A stretch of DNA of 46,512 nucleotides from an uncultured Candidatus Saccharibacteria bacterium (GCA_964546795.1 CAZJKG010000005.1:1-46512); one strand, 5' to 3'. Counted from the stretch's first letter, positions 28,658 through 39,350 are shown. Notes: generated by a model from the letters alone, not told the origin. Program-made: numbers and translations.

Positions 28658-29703
28658 CCCTCCGTAAGTTTCACTTTAATTTGTTTGAGGAGTTCTTTGG
28701 AAACATCTTTATTGTCGCGGAGGAACGTTCGTGTGGCATCGTAACCCTTGCCGAGCGAGGCATCCCCGAATTTATAGGAAGCGCCGGATTTGGCGACGAG
28801 TGCGTATTTCTCGCCGAGTGCAATGAGTTCGCCCTCGCGACTGATACCTTCGTTATACAGAAGATCGAACTCGGTCGTCTTAAAGGGCGCTGCGACTTTG
28901 TTCTTGACGACTTTCACCCGCACGCGCCCGCCCACAACCTCATCCCCTTTTTTAATGGAAGCGATACGGCGGATATCGAGACGCACTGAGGTGTAGAATT
29001 TCAACGCCTTGCCGCCCGGAGTCGTTTCTGGATTGCCGAACATAACACCTATTTGCATGCGGATCTGATTGATGAAGATAACGATGGTCTTGCTCCGTGC
29101 GGCGATGGCGGTCAGTTTTCGGAGCGCTTGGCTCATGAGTCGCGCTTGCTTACCCATGTGTTGCTGACCCATTTCACCCTCAATCTCATCTTTCGGCGTA
29201 AGTGCCGCCACAGAATCAACAACGATGACATCAACATTTCCACTTCGTACCAAACTCTCCACAATATCGAGCGCCTGTTCCCCCGTATCCGGTTGAGAGA
29301 TGAGAAGTTCGGAGAGCTTCACACCAATGCGCCGCGCGTATTCGGGGTCAAGCGCATGTTCAGCGTCGACGAACGCCGCAATACCGCCCTGCTTCTGCGC
29401 TTCTGCGACGACATGCAGAGCGAGCGTTGTCTTTCCGGATGATTCCGGCCCGAATATTTCAATGATGCGCCCACGGGGGAGACCTCCTACGCCGAGGGCC
29501 GCGTCAAGACCAATGGAACCCGTCGCTATGACGGGGATTTTTTGCGGCGCACCGGCGCCGTAGGTCGTGATGGCTTCATCGCCAAACTTAGTCCTGATTT
29601 CTTTCAACGCCTGTTCGATTGATTTTTGTTTTTCACTTTTATCCGTACTTGCCGCCGTAACGGTCTTAAGTATTTTTTCCTTCGTCGATTTTTTAAATGC
29701 CAT
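28654..29703 (-). CDS. recA: recombinase RecA
   Basis: [48 protein letters not shown]. Confidence 0.98.
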   Translation of the reverse strand: MAFKKSTKEKILKTVTAASTDKSEKQKSIEQALKEIRTKFGDEAITTYGAGAPQKIPVIATGSIGLDAALGVGGLPRGRIIEIFGPESSGKTTLALHVVAEAQKQGGIAAFVDAEHALDPEYARRIGVKLSELLISQPDTGEQALDIVESLVRSGNVDVIVVDSVAALTPKDEIEGEMGQQHMGKQARLMSQALRKLTAIAARSKTIVIFINQIRMQIGVMFGNPETTPGGKALKFYTSVRLDIRRIASIKKGDEVVGGRVRVKVVKNKVAAPFKTTEFDLLYNEGISREGELIALGEKYALVAKSGASYKFGDASLGKGYDATRTFLRDNKDVSKELLKQIKVKLTEG

Positions 29704-29735
29704 AATGCTGATTGTTAAGTCGTAATTCGGGGTTG

Positions 29736-30059
29736 TTAGGGTACGAAAATGTTGCGTGTGGCGACAACCGTCCTGCCGAAGCGGTCGGTCGCCGCGAAGG
29801 TAAGTATAGATCCTCCGCGAGGAAAAGTAAGTATTGACGAAAAACTACCGTCTTCCCCGCGAAGTACGGACGCATTATTGAGCGTGAGCCGTGCCGCGCG
29901 CACGGCCTTCCCGCTGACAGTCACGATTCCATCCGGAAAGGATTCATTATCCGTGGGGGAGTCGATGGAAAGCGCAGGCCCCGCCAGGAGCGGCCGTGCT
30001 TCCCGAAGACCGTAGCTGATAAGTATGAGAAGCACTGCGACCGTGAGATATTTGATCAT
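29736..30059 (-). CDS. small membrane-anchored Ig-like protein
   Basis: N-terminal TM, then [21 protein letters not shown]. Confidence 0.7.
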   Translation of the reverse strand: MIKYLTVAVLLILISYGLREARPLLAGPALSIDSPTDNESFPDGIVTVSGKAVRAARLTLNNASVLRGEDGSFSSILTFPRGGSILTFAATDRFGRTVVATRNIFVP

Positions 30060-30066
30060 CTTTTTG

Positions 30067-32298
30067 CTAAAAGAGATGTTCCTCTTCTCCATTCCCGATT
30101 GATCCGTTTGGACCAGATGCAGGGTTCTGTCTGCTCGAAGATTGGACCGTGAGCACTTCGCGCGGCTTTGAGCCGTCGGCGGGGCCGATAACGCCCTTTG
30201 CCTCAAGTACGTCCATCAGCCGCGCCGCGCGAGAGTATCCGATCTTCAATTTGCGCTGCAGATACGAGGTTGAGGCGCGACCGGCCTCTTCAACCGTAGC
30301 GCGCGCGTTCTCGTAAAGGTCGTCATCAATATCGTCATCATCGAAGTCGTTATTCACCAGTCCAATGACATCATTCGGTTCCGTGCTCACGTTATTCCCT
30401 CCGAAATCGATACTCGACAGATTGCCCGCATTGTGGCTCTTGATGTAACCCACCACTTTCTTCACTTCGTTCTCGCTGATGAATGCCGTTTGGATGCGCA
30501 CCGGCTTCTGCATATCGCTTGAGAGATAGAGCATGTCGCCCGCGCCAAGCAAGGTCTCCGCACCAGCACCGTCGAGAATGGTGCGCGAGTCGATCTGCGA
30601 TGCGACTTGCAGCGCCATACGCGTCGGCACATTCGCCTTGATGAGACCCGTGATGACGTTCACCGAGGGGCGTTGCGTGGAAAGCACCAAATGGATACCG
30701 ACTGCCCGCGACATCTGCGCAAGACGAACGATAGAGGCCTCAAGTTCTCGCGGATAACTATGCATGATATCGGCAAGTTCGTCGATGACGATAACGATAT
30801 AAGGAAGCGCTTCGGGCATTTCCTGTACTCCTTTTTTCTTCGCCGGTTCATAGACGGTGGCGTGATAGGAATCAATGTCGCGCACATGCTCCGCCTGGAG
30901 AATATCGTACCGACGTTCCATCTCTTTGGCCGCCCATTTGAGCGAGAAAATAGTTTTCTTCGGATCGGTAATGACGGGAGTAAGAAGATGAGGAATGCCG
31001 TTATAGGCGGTCAGTTCCACGCGTTTCGGGTCAATCATGATAAAGCGCAGTTGGTTCGGACCGTTCCTGTAGAGGAGGGAAGTGATGATGGCATGAATGG
31101 CAACCGATTTTCCGGATCCGGTCGCGCCTGCGACGAGCCCGTGCGGCATTTTAGCGATATTGACGTAATGCGGCGTGCCAGTGATGTCCCGGCCGAGAGC
31201 GGCGAGGAGCGGCTTGGTGCTGTCGCTCCACTCCGGCGCGGCAAGGAGTCCGCCGAGACCGACCATTGCTTTAGTCGTATTCGGCACCTCGATGCCGACG
31301 AGTGATTTCCCTGGAATGGGCGCCTCGATGCGCACCGGATGCGCGGCAAGTGCGAGTTCGAGATTGTTCGCGAGGGAGACAATTTTTGAAAGACGCACAC
31401 CTTCGGCGGGCTTGACCGCGTAGCGCGTCACAGTCGGGCCTACCGACACTTCATCCATCTCCAAATGGATACCAAAGTTCTGGAAAGTGCGTTTAATAAT
31501 ATTCGCGTTCGCTTTGATATCACCCACACCCGGTTTCCCATGATCCATGCCAAGGATTGAAAGCGGCGGCGCTTCGTATTCCGCATCGAAGTTTGCTATG
31601 CCCGTCCCCTTGGCACCCGTAGAACGATTAAAGACAGTCACCACCGGCTCACGCTCTTCATGCGACAGGGAAGTACCAGCATCCTCTTCCGATGCATATG
31701 AATCATCCGCGTCTTCGGGGAGGGGGACACCAACAACATCCGTGAAATCTTCTTCCAGCTCTTCCTCTTCGTAACGCGAGCGCATACGCTTCCAAAGCGA
31801 GAGCACATTCTCACTGAGGAATGCCCACATTGCTTCAATATCGGTCACAACAGCGATACCGATAGCGATAGTCGCGACCAATAGAACCAACGCACCCCAA
31901 AATCCGAAGAACCCCGCAAGCGCCTGCCCCTCCCAGCTTCCGGTTTTTCCTCCGAAGTCCGCTCCGGGGAACAGTCCGGCAAAAGCAAGAACGGAGGCAA
32001 CGATAAGAAGGAGACCCGAAGCAGTGAGCGGTTCAATTGTCGGTCGCCCAAATCCCGCGTAAAAACCGGTCGCGATCAAAGCGAGTGGCAAAAGGAAGGC
32101 GCCAATTCCGACGATTGCATAACTCGTGGCAAAGACCGTCGCACCGACGGGTCCTGCCGCATCAAAGACGGCAAGCATGAGGAGGATGCCGGATGCCAAT
32201 AGGACAATAGCGGAAGCGTACCGAATAAGCGTGTCGTATTCCCTAACTTCTTCTTCGCGGACACGTCCACGTTTCCCGTTACCATTTCTACGACTCAT
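30067..32298 (-). CDS. ftsK: DNA translocase FtsK/SpoIIIE
   Basis: 4-TM N-terminus, RIEAPIPGK, AGATGSGKS, IDELAD, TQRPS, gamma domain LQRKLKIGYSRAAR. Confidence 0.96.
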   Translation of the reverse strand: MSRRNGNGKRGRVREEEVREYDTLIRYASAIVLLASGILLMLAVFDAAGPVGATVFATSYAIVGIGAFLLPLALIATGFYAGFGRPTIEPLTASGLLLIVASVLAFAGLFPGADFGGKTGSWEGQALAGFFGFWGALVLLVATIAIGIAVVTDIEAMWAFLSENVLSLWKRMRSRYEEEELEEDFTDVVGVPLPEDADDSYASEEDAGTSLSHEEREPVVTVFNRSTGAKGTGIANFDAEYEAPPLSILGMDHGKPGVGDIKANANIIKRTFQNFGIHLEMDEVSVGPTVTRYAVKPAEGVRLSKIVSLANNLELALAAHPVRIEAPIPGKSLVGIEVPNTTKAMVGLGGLLAAPEWSDSTKPLLAALGRDITGTPHYVNIAKMPHGLVAGATGSGKSVAIHAIITSLLYRNGPNQLRFIMIDPKRVELTAYNGIPHLLTPVITDPKKTIFSLKWAAKEMERRYDILQAEHVRDIDSYHATVYEPAKKKGVQEMPEALPYIVIVIDELADIMHSYPRELEASIVRLAQMSRAVGIHLVLSTQRPSVNVITGLIKANVPTRMALQVASQIDSRTILDGAGAETLLGAGDMLYLSSDMQKPVRIQTAFISENEVKKVVGYIKSHNAGNLSSIDFGGNNVSTEPNDVIGLVNNDFDDDDIDDDLYENARATVEEAGRASTSYLQRKLKIGYSRAARLMDVLEAKGVIGPADGSKPREVLTVQSSSRQNPASGPNGSIGNGEEEHLF

Positions 32299-32354
32299 GT
32301 TAAGTATGTACACATTGTAGCATCACTTCCTAAGTAGACATCAAAGCCCGATTC

Positions 32355-32427
32355 GCTGATGGAACGAAAAATGATAGCGCTCCGGGCCGCTAGGCCAAGT
32401 CCAACTATCATTTTTCGCTCCATCAGC
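32355..32427. repeat. 23-bp inverted repeat (1 mismatch) with 27-nt spacer
   Basis: GCTGATGGAACGAAAAATGATAG / CTATCATTTTTCGCTCCATCAGC. Confidence 0.8.
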
Positions 32428-32574
32428 TCATCGACGCATTTGGAAATGAATTAAAGGTTATTGGAGTTATAGAGAAATACTTGCGTGCAGTTCAAACGGA
32501 CGTATACTGTCCGATACACTATGAGACACGGACAATCAGATATGGGACACAGCACTGAAATCCGGCAAGTCCAG

Positions 32575-33315
32575 ATGAGAGGTAAAGATATTCATTCAGA
32601 TGATTTTGTCTTAGAAAAAGGTATATTCAACAACATATTTGAAAAGGACATACGAAGAGTATTTATATACAAGAAGGCCGAGCGTCTCGCCAAAGCAATA
32701 CATCTCGTCGCACCCGCTTTCGCCGGTTCGGTGTCCTTAAGGAACCGTATTGACGCGATAGCGATAGGACTCGTTGATGCGGCGATGCTACCTCCCGCAA
32801 CGGCCCGCGCAGCTCTTTCCCGGGAACTTCTTGCACTTTCCTCACTTCTTTCCATAGCCCGCACAAGCGACATTCTCTCTTCTATGAATGCAGAAATCAT
32901 CACGCGCGAGGCGCATACACTACTTAAAGAAGTCGCCGCCTATGAAGATCCCCGACTCTTCCTAGACGAATCACCGACACTTTCAGGTATCGCCAAAAGC
33001 GCGTCAAGAAAGGAGGTCTTGCCTCGTCCACACTCAAGATCTGTAGCACCGAAGCGCGTTATCCAAGCATCAGTGGCGGCCGGTAAAGGACATATTAAAG
33101 ACATTGAAGATATATCGGACATTCGTATAAAGGACAGAAGTGAGGCAATATTGTCCGTTATAAGAAATAAAGGGAAGGCAAGCATCAAGGACATTTCCAC
33201 CATTGTCAGAGGGGTTTCCGAGAAGACCATTCAACGTGAGCTTCTTTCGCTTATCACAGCAGGAATGGTGTTGAAGCAGGGCGAGCGTCGTTGGAGCACC
33301 TACTCCCTCTCCTAA
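32575..33315 (+). CDS. protein with helical N-domain and C-terminal DeoR-like winged HTH
   Basis: R..AILSVI..ASIKDIS..VSEKTIQREL..L...G.VLKQGERRWSTY; start uncertain (32521-32575). Confidence 0.75.
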   Translation: MRGKDIHSDDFVLEKGIFNNIFEKDIRRVFIYKKAERLAKAIHLVAPAFAGSVSLRNRIDAIAIGLVDAAMLPPATARAALSRELLALSSLLSIARTSDILSSMNAEIITREAHTLLKEVAAYEDPRLFLDESPTLSGIAKSASRKEVLPRPHSRSVAPKRVIQASVAAGKGHIKDIEDISDIRIKDRSEAILSVIRNKGKASIKDISTIVRGVSEKTIQRELLSLITAGMVLKQGERRWSTYSLS

Positions 33316-33383
33316 ATCAGAACTTTGACTTAAATGACTGTGTTTGCTAGGATACTCCCGTGATGACAACTAGGGCATAGGGC

Positions 33384-33410
33384 AAAAAAAGGCCGGAAAC
33401 GGTCTTTTTT
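33384..33410. terminator. bidirectional terminator-like hairpin
   Basis: AAAAAAA-GGCCG-GAAA-CGGTC-TTTTTT. Confidence 0.65.
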
Positions 33411-33430
33411 GCGTTACCTACTTCCTGGCG

Positions 33431-33439
33431 TTATCCACA
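33431..33439 (+). promoter_or_regulatory. DnaA box
   Basis: Perfect TTATCCACA upstream of TATACT (33471-33476). Confidence 0.55.
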
Positions 33440-33685
33440 TACAAACTCAAGGGAATGCTTGTCTCCGCTGTATACTATCCCTTAGTCCTTGCGGGGACTT
33501 TTGTTCCCCTTGGGCGTACTTTGATAAATGAATAGTCCGTTAGCTACGGACATCAACCCTTGCCAACTAACCCATGGCGTACTGGTCGATACCGTGCGCT
33601 GTGGGGTAGTGTAAAAGTGAAACGTGCTTACAGTGCGCTCAATCAACTTGATTATTATGTGCTCCCTAAATTCTTAACAATTGTT

Positions 33686-36600
33686 ATGCAAACGGTAACT
33701 ACAAAAGCGATCGCAAAGGTTGCAGCAGTGGCAACCGGACTCGCGATGGCGACGTCAATGCTCTCGCTCGCGCCTATAGCGCACGCGGCAGCTCTGACCG
33801 ACTCGCAGGTCTCGGCCATTGTCTCGCTCCTTCAGTCGTTCGGTGCGGATAGCGCAACGATCGCAAACGTTCAGGCATCACTCACGGGCGGTACTCCGGT
33901 ATCGACTGTCGGTTCGATGGCCTCATCGTGTGCTTTCACCAAGGACCTCACAGTGAAGTCCTCGGGAAGCGAGGTGACGTGCCTTCAAAATGCACTCATC
34001 GCGGCTGGCTATTCAATCCCGGCTGGTGCGACTGGCTACTTCGGTGCTCAAACGCAAACAGCGGTCATGGCATGGCAGAAGGCGGCAGGAGTTTCTCCCG
34101 CAGCCGGCTACTTCGGTCCTAAGTCGCGTGCTGCGTTCAATCTCGGCGGCGGCTCGACAACGGGCGGCACAACGGGTGGCATGACGGGCGGCACAACGCC
34201 TCCGGTGACTGCCGGTTCGGGCAATGGCCTTAAGGTCATGCTCGCTACGGACTCTCCGAACAATATCGCTCTGGTACAGGGCCAGGCGATCGGTTCGCTC
34301 GCGAAGTTCACCTTCGCGAACCCGACGAGCGCTGATATCAAGGTTACGAACCTTGCCTTCAAGCGCATTGGCGTCAGCAATGATTCCACGCTCTCGAACG
34401 TCTACCTCTATTGGGGGGCAAAGCGCCTCACCGATTCGGCAGGCGTGAGCAACTCGGCGTTCAACTTCAATGATCCGGCGGGACTCTTCACGGTGGCGGC
34501 AGGACAGACCTACACGGTCTCCGTCCTCGCCGACATCGCGGGCTCCACGTCCGGTCAACAGATTGGCGCTCAACTCGTCTCGGTTGCCTCGTCTGGCACG
34601 CTTGATTCCTCTGCATCGTTCCCAATCAATGGGTACACGCAAACGGTCTCCGCGGCCACTCTGGCAACAGCTGACTTCAACGCAACCACGAATCCTGCAG
34701 TCACCACGATATCAGCACAGAATGATTACACGGTCTGGAGCAATTCAACGACCATCAGCACACGCGCGGTGAATCTTGAGTCATTCCAGCTCCGCAACAT
34801 CGGTTCTATTGACCGCAGTTCCATCCAGAACTTTCGCCTCTACGTGAAGGGAGTTCAGGTCGGTTCCGCAGTTGCCTCGATTGCTTCGGATGACACCATC
34901 ACCTTCGACTTCTCGGCAAGCCCTCTCCGCATTGAGACGGGTACGGCTGAAATCAAGGTCGTTGGCGACATCATCTCCGGCTCGGGCAATACCTTCCAGT
35001 TCTCGCTCCGACGCGCGTCTGACGCTCGCTTCGTTGACACTGATCTGAACCAGCCGATTCTCGCAACGAGAGAGAGCGGTTCATCCTTCACTGCTCGCTC
35101 GGCGACGTCGGCCACTATCGATAGCGGCACTGTATCTACGGTCAAGTCGAACAACTCACCTTCTACGAACGTTGCGCTCAGCGCATCGAGCGTGAAGTGG
35201 GCGACTTTCGAACTTCGCGCCGCAGGTGAGGATGTCAAAATTGAATCGCTCGACGTCAACGCAAACGCGTCTGCTCGCGGCCTCGATAACGGTAAGGTCT
35301 TCTTGAACGGTGTTCAAGTCGGTTCTACCAAGGACCTCACCGAGGATACGGATGTGAACTTCACATTCGGTTCATCCATGATCCTGAAGGCGGGTGCGAC
35401 AGCTATCGTCGACATCTACGCAGATGCGAAGTCCACGACCGGAGCATCATTCCTTACCGGTCAAACAGTGGCGGTCACTCTTGGCACCGGCGCTTCAAAC
35501 GCTCAGGGCCAGAAGTCGCTCGCAAGCATCAACACTCCGACGTCTGATGTCGCTGGGAACACGATTACGCTCTCATCGTCTGCTCTGACGCTGACGAAGT
35601 ACTCGGGTTACGGCAATCAGACTTTGATCGCGGGCACGAATAATGCTCGTCTCGGCTCATTCACGCTCTCAACCGGCGCTACGGAAGGAGTGAATGTGAA
35701 CACGCTTACGGTAGCTCTGTCCTCAGATGAGTCCGCGACCATCACGGACCTTATCTTGAAGGACAATGCGACGGGTGCGCAGATAGGCACCACGAAGGCA
35801 ACACCTTCTACGAGCAATGCGTTCTCGGTGAACGTTTCGCTCGGCGTCTCAGCGACGAAAGTCATCGATATCTACGGCAACATCAAGTCCGGTTCAAACA
35901 TCGGCCCGTGGATAGCGAACATTGACGCGTCTGGCACCGGCTCGATAACCGGAAGCACGGTTGACGCGGATGCGCTCAACCTGCAGACGATTACCGTCGG
36001 CACGGCAGACCTCGCGGCCGCAGTGAGTGTCTCCCCTGACAACACGAACGTCATCGCGGGTTCTTCGTTGGTGAAAGTTGGCTCGTTCAACTTCACTTCG
36101 CAGTACTCGTCGTTCACGGTTGACGAGATCAAAGTGAAGATTCCGGCAAACGCCGCGACATCAATTGCGTCGGTTACCCTGCGGTACCCGAACGCCAACG
36201 GTGTCTCGACGGACTCGGCGGCGACTCTCGCGCTCTCCTCTGGAGATCAGACGCACGCGACGGCCACCTTCACCGGTCTCACGTTCTACATCCCGGCGGA
36301 CGCCTCAAGGAAACTTGACGTCTACGTCAATCTCCCAACGATTGCAAACGGAGCGACCTCCGGCACGGCCATTACGGCGCTGCTCGACGCTAACGAGGGC
36401 TATCGGGAGACGGATTCTGCCGGCACGGTAGTAACGTCGCTCGGTTCTTCCGACCTCGATTCTTCCGCAACGAGCGGAAAGGGTACGATGTACGTCAGGA
36501 AATCCATTCCGACTATCTCTGCAGTCGCGCTTGACTCAACCGCGCTCTCTGAAGGAACCGATCAGGTCCTCGGACGCGTGAAAGTCACGGCCGACGCAGC

Positions 36601-37114
36601 GGGTGATGTCGACTGGGGCTCGATGGTCTTCACGGTCAACAAGACCTCGGCCATCAGCTTGGGCGCTACGACGACCGTCGCGCTGTGGAGCGGTTCAAAC
36701 CAGGTTGCAGGTACCTTCGCAACGACGACGGGCTCCCTACAAGGAGGCACTGACTCCTGCGATAACCTCACAAGCTGCTTGCTCCACTTCCGTCCGACAA
36801 CCGTCGAGACGATCGCTGCGGGCGGCTCGAAGACCTATGAGCTCCGCGGTACAGTTGGCGGCACTGCCTCTGGCAGCAACAACGTCAGCGTATCCATCGC
36901 CAATCCGCAGACGACAGCATCTTCTACCGCCTTCTTCGGTTCGGCCGCTGGTACGCAGGGTATAACGACTGCTGCGTCATTCGCTTGGTCTGACTGGTCT
37001 GACCTCACTGACCACGCTTCGAACGCAACGCAGGCCACTACGATTGACTGGATGGGTGACTATCTCGTCAAGACGCTTCCGCTCACGATTGGAAACAGAT
37101 CGCTTTCCATCTAA
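33686..37114 (+). CDS. large secreted surface (S-layer-like) protein with peptidoglycan-binding-like domain
   Basis: Signal peptide ..APIAHA; DLTVKSSGSEVTCLQ..GYFGAQTQTAVMAWQ..PAAGYFGPKSR; G/T linker; ~950 aa of S/T/A-rich beta repeats. Confidence 0.8.
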   Translation: MQTVTTKAIAKVAAVATGLAMATSMLSLAPIAHAAALTDSQVSAIVSLLQSFGADSATIANVQASLTGGTPVSTVGSMASSCAFTKDLTVKSSGSEVTCLQNALIAAGYSIPAGATGYFGAQTQTAVMAWQKAAGVSPAAGYFGPKSRAAFNLGGGSTTGGTTGGMTGGTTPPVTAGSGNGLKVMLATDSPNNIALVQGQAIGSLAKFTFANPTSADIKVTNLAFKRIGVSNDSTLSNVYLYWGAKRLTDSAGVSNSAFNFNDPAGLFTVAAGQTYTVSVLADIAGSTSGQQIGAQLVSVASSGTLDSSASFPINGYTQTVSAATLATADFNATTNPAVTTISAQNDYTVWSNSTTISTRAVNLESFQLRNIGSIDRSSIQNFRLYVKGVQVGSAVASIASDDTITFDFSASPLRIETGTAEIKVVGDIISGSGNTFQFSLRRASDARFVDTDLNQPILATRESGSSFTARSATSATIDSGTVSTVKSNNSPSTNVALSASSVKWATFELRAAGEDVKIESLDVNANASARGLDNGKVFLNGVQVGSTKDLTEDTDVNFTFGSSMILKAGATAIVDIYADAKSTTGASFLTGQTVAVTLGTGASNAQGQKSLASINTPTSDVAGNTITLSSSALTLTKYSGYGNQTLIAGTNNARLGSFTLSTGATEGVNVNTLTVALSSDESATITDLILKDNATGAQIGTTKATPSTSNAFSVNVSLGVSATKVIDIYGNIKSGSNIGPWIANIDASGTGSITGSTVDADALNLQTITVGTADLAAAVSVSPDNTNVIAGSSLVKVGSFNFTSQYSSFTVDEIKVKIPANAATSIASVTLRYPNANGVSTDSAATLALSSGDQTHATATFTGLTFYIPADASRKLDVYVNLPTIANGATSGTAITALLDANEGYRETDSAGTVVTSLGSSDLDSSATSGKGTMYVRKSIPTISAVALDSTALSEGTDQVLGRVKVTADAAGDVDWGSMVFTVNKTSAISLGATTTVALWSGSNQVAGTFATTTGSLQGGTDSCDNLTSCLLHFRPTTVETIAAGGSKTYELRGTVGGTASGSNNVSVSIANPQTTASSTAFFGSAAGTQGITTAASFAWSDWSDLTDHASNATQATTIDWMGDYLVKTLPLTIGNRSLSI

Positions 37115-37198
37115 GCGATACGTCTAACAGCAACTGTCTTTGGGAGGGTCTGACCTTCCTACGAGCAAAAGCTCCAGCTAGGAAATTGGCCTAGCAAA

Positions 37199-37235
37199 AG
37201 AAAGAATCCCGCCTTACGGTGGGATTCTTTCTTTT
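37199..37235 (+). terminator. intrinsic terminator (second hairpin at 37243-37280)
   Basis: AGAAAGAATCCCGCC/GGTGGGATTCTTTCT then TTT; CAAAAACCGTC...GACGGTTTTTG. Confidence 0.75.
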
Positions 37236-37319
37236 GGGAATTCAAAAACCGTCTCGCCTCCATGGCGCGGACGGTTTTTGTTTTGTATCCGGTGCGAAAC
37301 CTTTCTGTATTTTGCGAGG

Positions 37320-37328
37320 TTATCCACA
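37320..37328 (+). promoter_or_regulatory. DnaA box
   Basis: Perfect TTATCCACA, intergenic. Confidence 0.55.
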
Positions 37329-37422
37329 CCCTCTCCCATCCATTTGTTTTTTTAGGGAGTATTCTTGCCTATAAGAGGAGTTCGCTCCCCATTTATTCAT
37401 TTGGAATTATTTATCTACAATT

Positions 37423-38343
37423 ATGTCTAGCATTAAAACGTATCTGAACGGTCTCGGGAGAGCGACTCGCACAACCATTCTCGCTCTCGCTGTTGTCTTC
37501 GTCAGTGCTGGCATCGCCCAAGCCGCGACGACTATCAGTACGAACATCTCGACAGGCGGCACACTCGCAGTCACTGGGGTGAGCACAATGTCCAATGCAT
37601 CGACGACCCAGTCCGCAACCATAGGAGGTCCTTTGTGGATAGGCGGGAACGCGACGACGACCGCTGCCGGTGCTCTCTCGTTACAGAGTACACTCAACGT
37701 AATCGGTCTCGCTACATTCCTTGGCGGAGCGACGACCACGCAGATAACTCTGTTGAGCGGCGACACCATCAAGAATGCTTCTGCCAGTTCTACGGCGATA
37801 TCGGGTGCTCTGACCACAACCGGAGCGTTTACCTCTACGGGATTGGCTACATTACTCGGTGGAGCAACCACGACCCAAATCACTCTTCTCTCCGGCGACA
37901 CCATAAAAAACGAATCTGCTAGTTCGACGGCTCTATCAGGCACGCTAACCACCGCCACATCCTCAACGAGTGGTCTTACAGTCACCAGCTCGGCGACGCT
38001 TGCCTCAACAACCGCTACGACGATGAAGGTTGGCCAGGTCGGGACAGGTATGACCCGAATAGTATCCGGCTACTGCGTGACCGGTTCAATTACCATTCCT
38101 GCCACCAATGCCTCCTCGACACAGACCTACGCGAACTGCACACCTTCGGGCGGGGCCTCCATTATCACTAGCGGCGACCGAGTGTTCCTACATGCGACAA
38201 GCTCACTTCCTTATTACGTGGTTATACAGTCGGCATCTTCGACGTCCTCTGGCGGCCTCATAAACGTAGGGCTGACCAACTTCAGCACAAGTACGTCTCC
38301 AGCAGCCAGCGTCTACGCATTCAACTTCTGGGCATTCCAGTAA
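37423..38343 (+). CDS. secreted Ser/Thr-rich protein with 45-aa internal duplication
   Basis: Signal peptide ..AGIAQA; GLATxLGGATTTQITLLSGDTIKN twice. Confidence 0.78.
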   Translation: MSSIKTYLNGLGRATRTTILALAVVFVSAGIAQAATTISTNISTGGTLAVTGVSTMSNASTTQSATIGGPLWIGGNATTTAAGALSLQSTLNVIGLATFLGGATTTQITLLSGDTIKNASASSTAISGALTTTGAFTSTGLATLLGGATTTQITLLSGDTIKNESASSTALSGTLTTATSSTSGLTVTSSATLASTTATTMKVGQVGTGMTRIVSGYCVTGSITIPATNASSTQTYANCTPSGGASIITSGDRVFLHATSSLPYYVVIQSASSTSSGGLINVGLTNFSTSTSPAASVYAFNFWAFQ

Positions 38344-38383
38344 TCGCATAACGAGTTCTTATTAATTAAATAAACTCCACCCT

Positions 38384-39289
38384 ATGCCACGAATGCTCGC
38401 CAGCGCAGGAATTCTAGTGGCATTGTTCACACCCGCGTTCGCTCTCGCTGCGTTTGACGACGTCACTCTCACCACGGATACGGTCTTGAGTGTGAACGGC
38501 ATTACACTGAACGTCTCCGGTTCAAGTGCCACTATTGAATCCATTACTGTCAATGCTTCGGACTTCAGCGTCACACTTCAATCCGGTTCAACGTTTCAGG
38601 TGACCGCACCGGGTCTCGAACGATTTTCGGCGAGTACTCTCACCGGTATCGCAAGCGATATCTGCAATGCCAACCAGTCGCTTCTCAAATATCAACCGAA
38701 CACAAGCGTGACAGTCACCATTACTCCGTCCACAGTTCTGTGTTCTTCTACTAGTGGAGGTGGAGGAGGTGGTTCAACAGGCGGCGGCGGTTCAACAACA
38801 CCAACAACACCAACAACACCTGCAACGCCTGCAACTCCAGCCACACCGGCTTCAACGACAACTCCAGCCGTGCCTGCTACGCCGGCAACTCCGGCAAAGT
38901 CCGCCTCCGGCCTGTCTGCAACACAGATTCGGTCCATTCTTGATGTGCTTGCGTCTTTTAACGCCGATGCCGATGTCATCGCGAAGGTAAAATTGTCGCT
39001 TGAAGGCACGGCTACCACCGGCTCGGTGACGAGCACGGCCGTAGGTGTGTTCAAGACGAATCTCACCACCGGCTCTCTCGGTAGCGAAGTAAAGATGCTC
39101 CAGGAGTTCCTGAACGCGCACGGCTACACCATTGCGAATAGTGGTGCCGGTTCTCCGGGGAATGAGACAACAAGGTTCGGCGGTCTGACAAAAGCTGCAC
39201 TTATCAAGTACCAGAAGGCGAAGGGAATCACACCCGCCGCTGGCTACTTCGGTCCGAAGACGCGAGCATCCGTTGAGGCCGATCAATAA
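38384..39289 (+). CDS. secreted protein with C-terminal peptidoglycan-binding-like domain
   Basis: Signal peptide; poly-G and PAT-repeat linker; GSLGSEVKMLQEFLN..GSPGNET..PAAGYFGPKTR. Confidence 0.82.
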   Translation: MPRMLASAGILVALFTPAFALAAFDDVTLTTDTVLSVNGITLNVSGSSATIESITVNASDFSVTLQSGSTFQVTAPGLERFSASTLTGIASDICNANQSLLKYQPNTSVTVTITPSTVLCSSTSGGGGGGSTGGGGSTTPTTPTTPATPATPATPASTTTPAVPATPATPAKSASGLSATQIRSILDVLASFNADADVIAKVKLSLEGTATTGSVTSTAVGVFKTNLTTGSLGSEVKMLQEFLNAHGYTIANSGAGSPGNETTRFGGLTKAALIKYQKAKGITPAAGYFGPKTRASVEADQ

Positions 39290-39305
39290 TAAATCTTTGC
39301 GCGTG

Positions 39306-39350
39306 CATAACGAACAACGTCCCGCTAAAAGCGGGACGTTGTTCGTTATG
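39306..39350. repeat. perfect 21-bp inverted repeat (terminator or REP-like)
   Basis: CATAACGAACAACGTCCCGCT-AAA-AGCGGGACGTTGTTCGTTATG. Confidence 0.8.

Noticed and set aside
32274-32281. TCCCGTTA in the ftsK 5' end (and CGTTAGAAA near 42986) as more element copies
   Set aside because: Partial matches with no partner repeat or duplication
33316-33685. oriC
   Set aside because: Only one perfect DnaA box, no clear unwinding element, no dnaA/dnaN nearby
38755-38895. Short tandem repeats as CRISPR or VNTR
   Set aside because: In-frame Gly and Pro-Ala-Thr linker codons; no CRISPR array seen anywhere in the window
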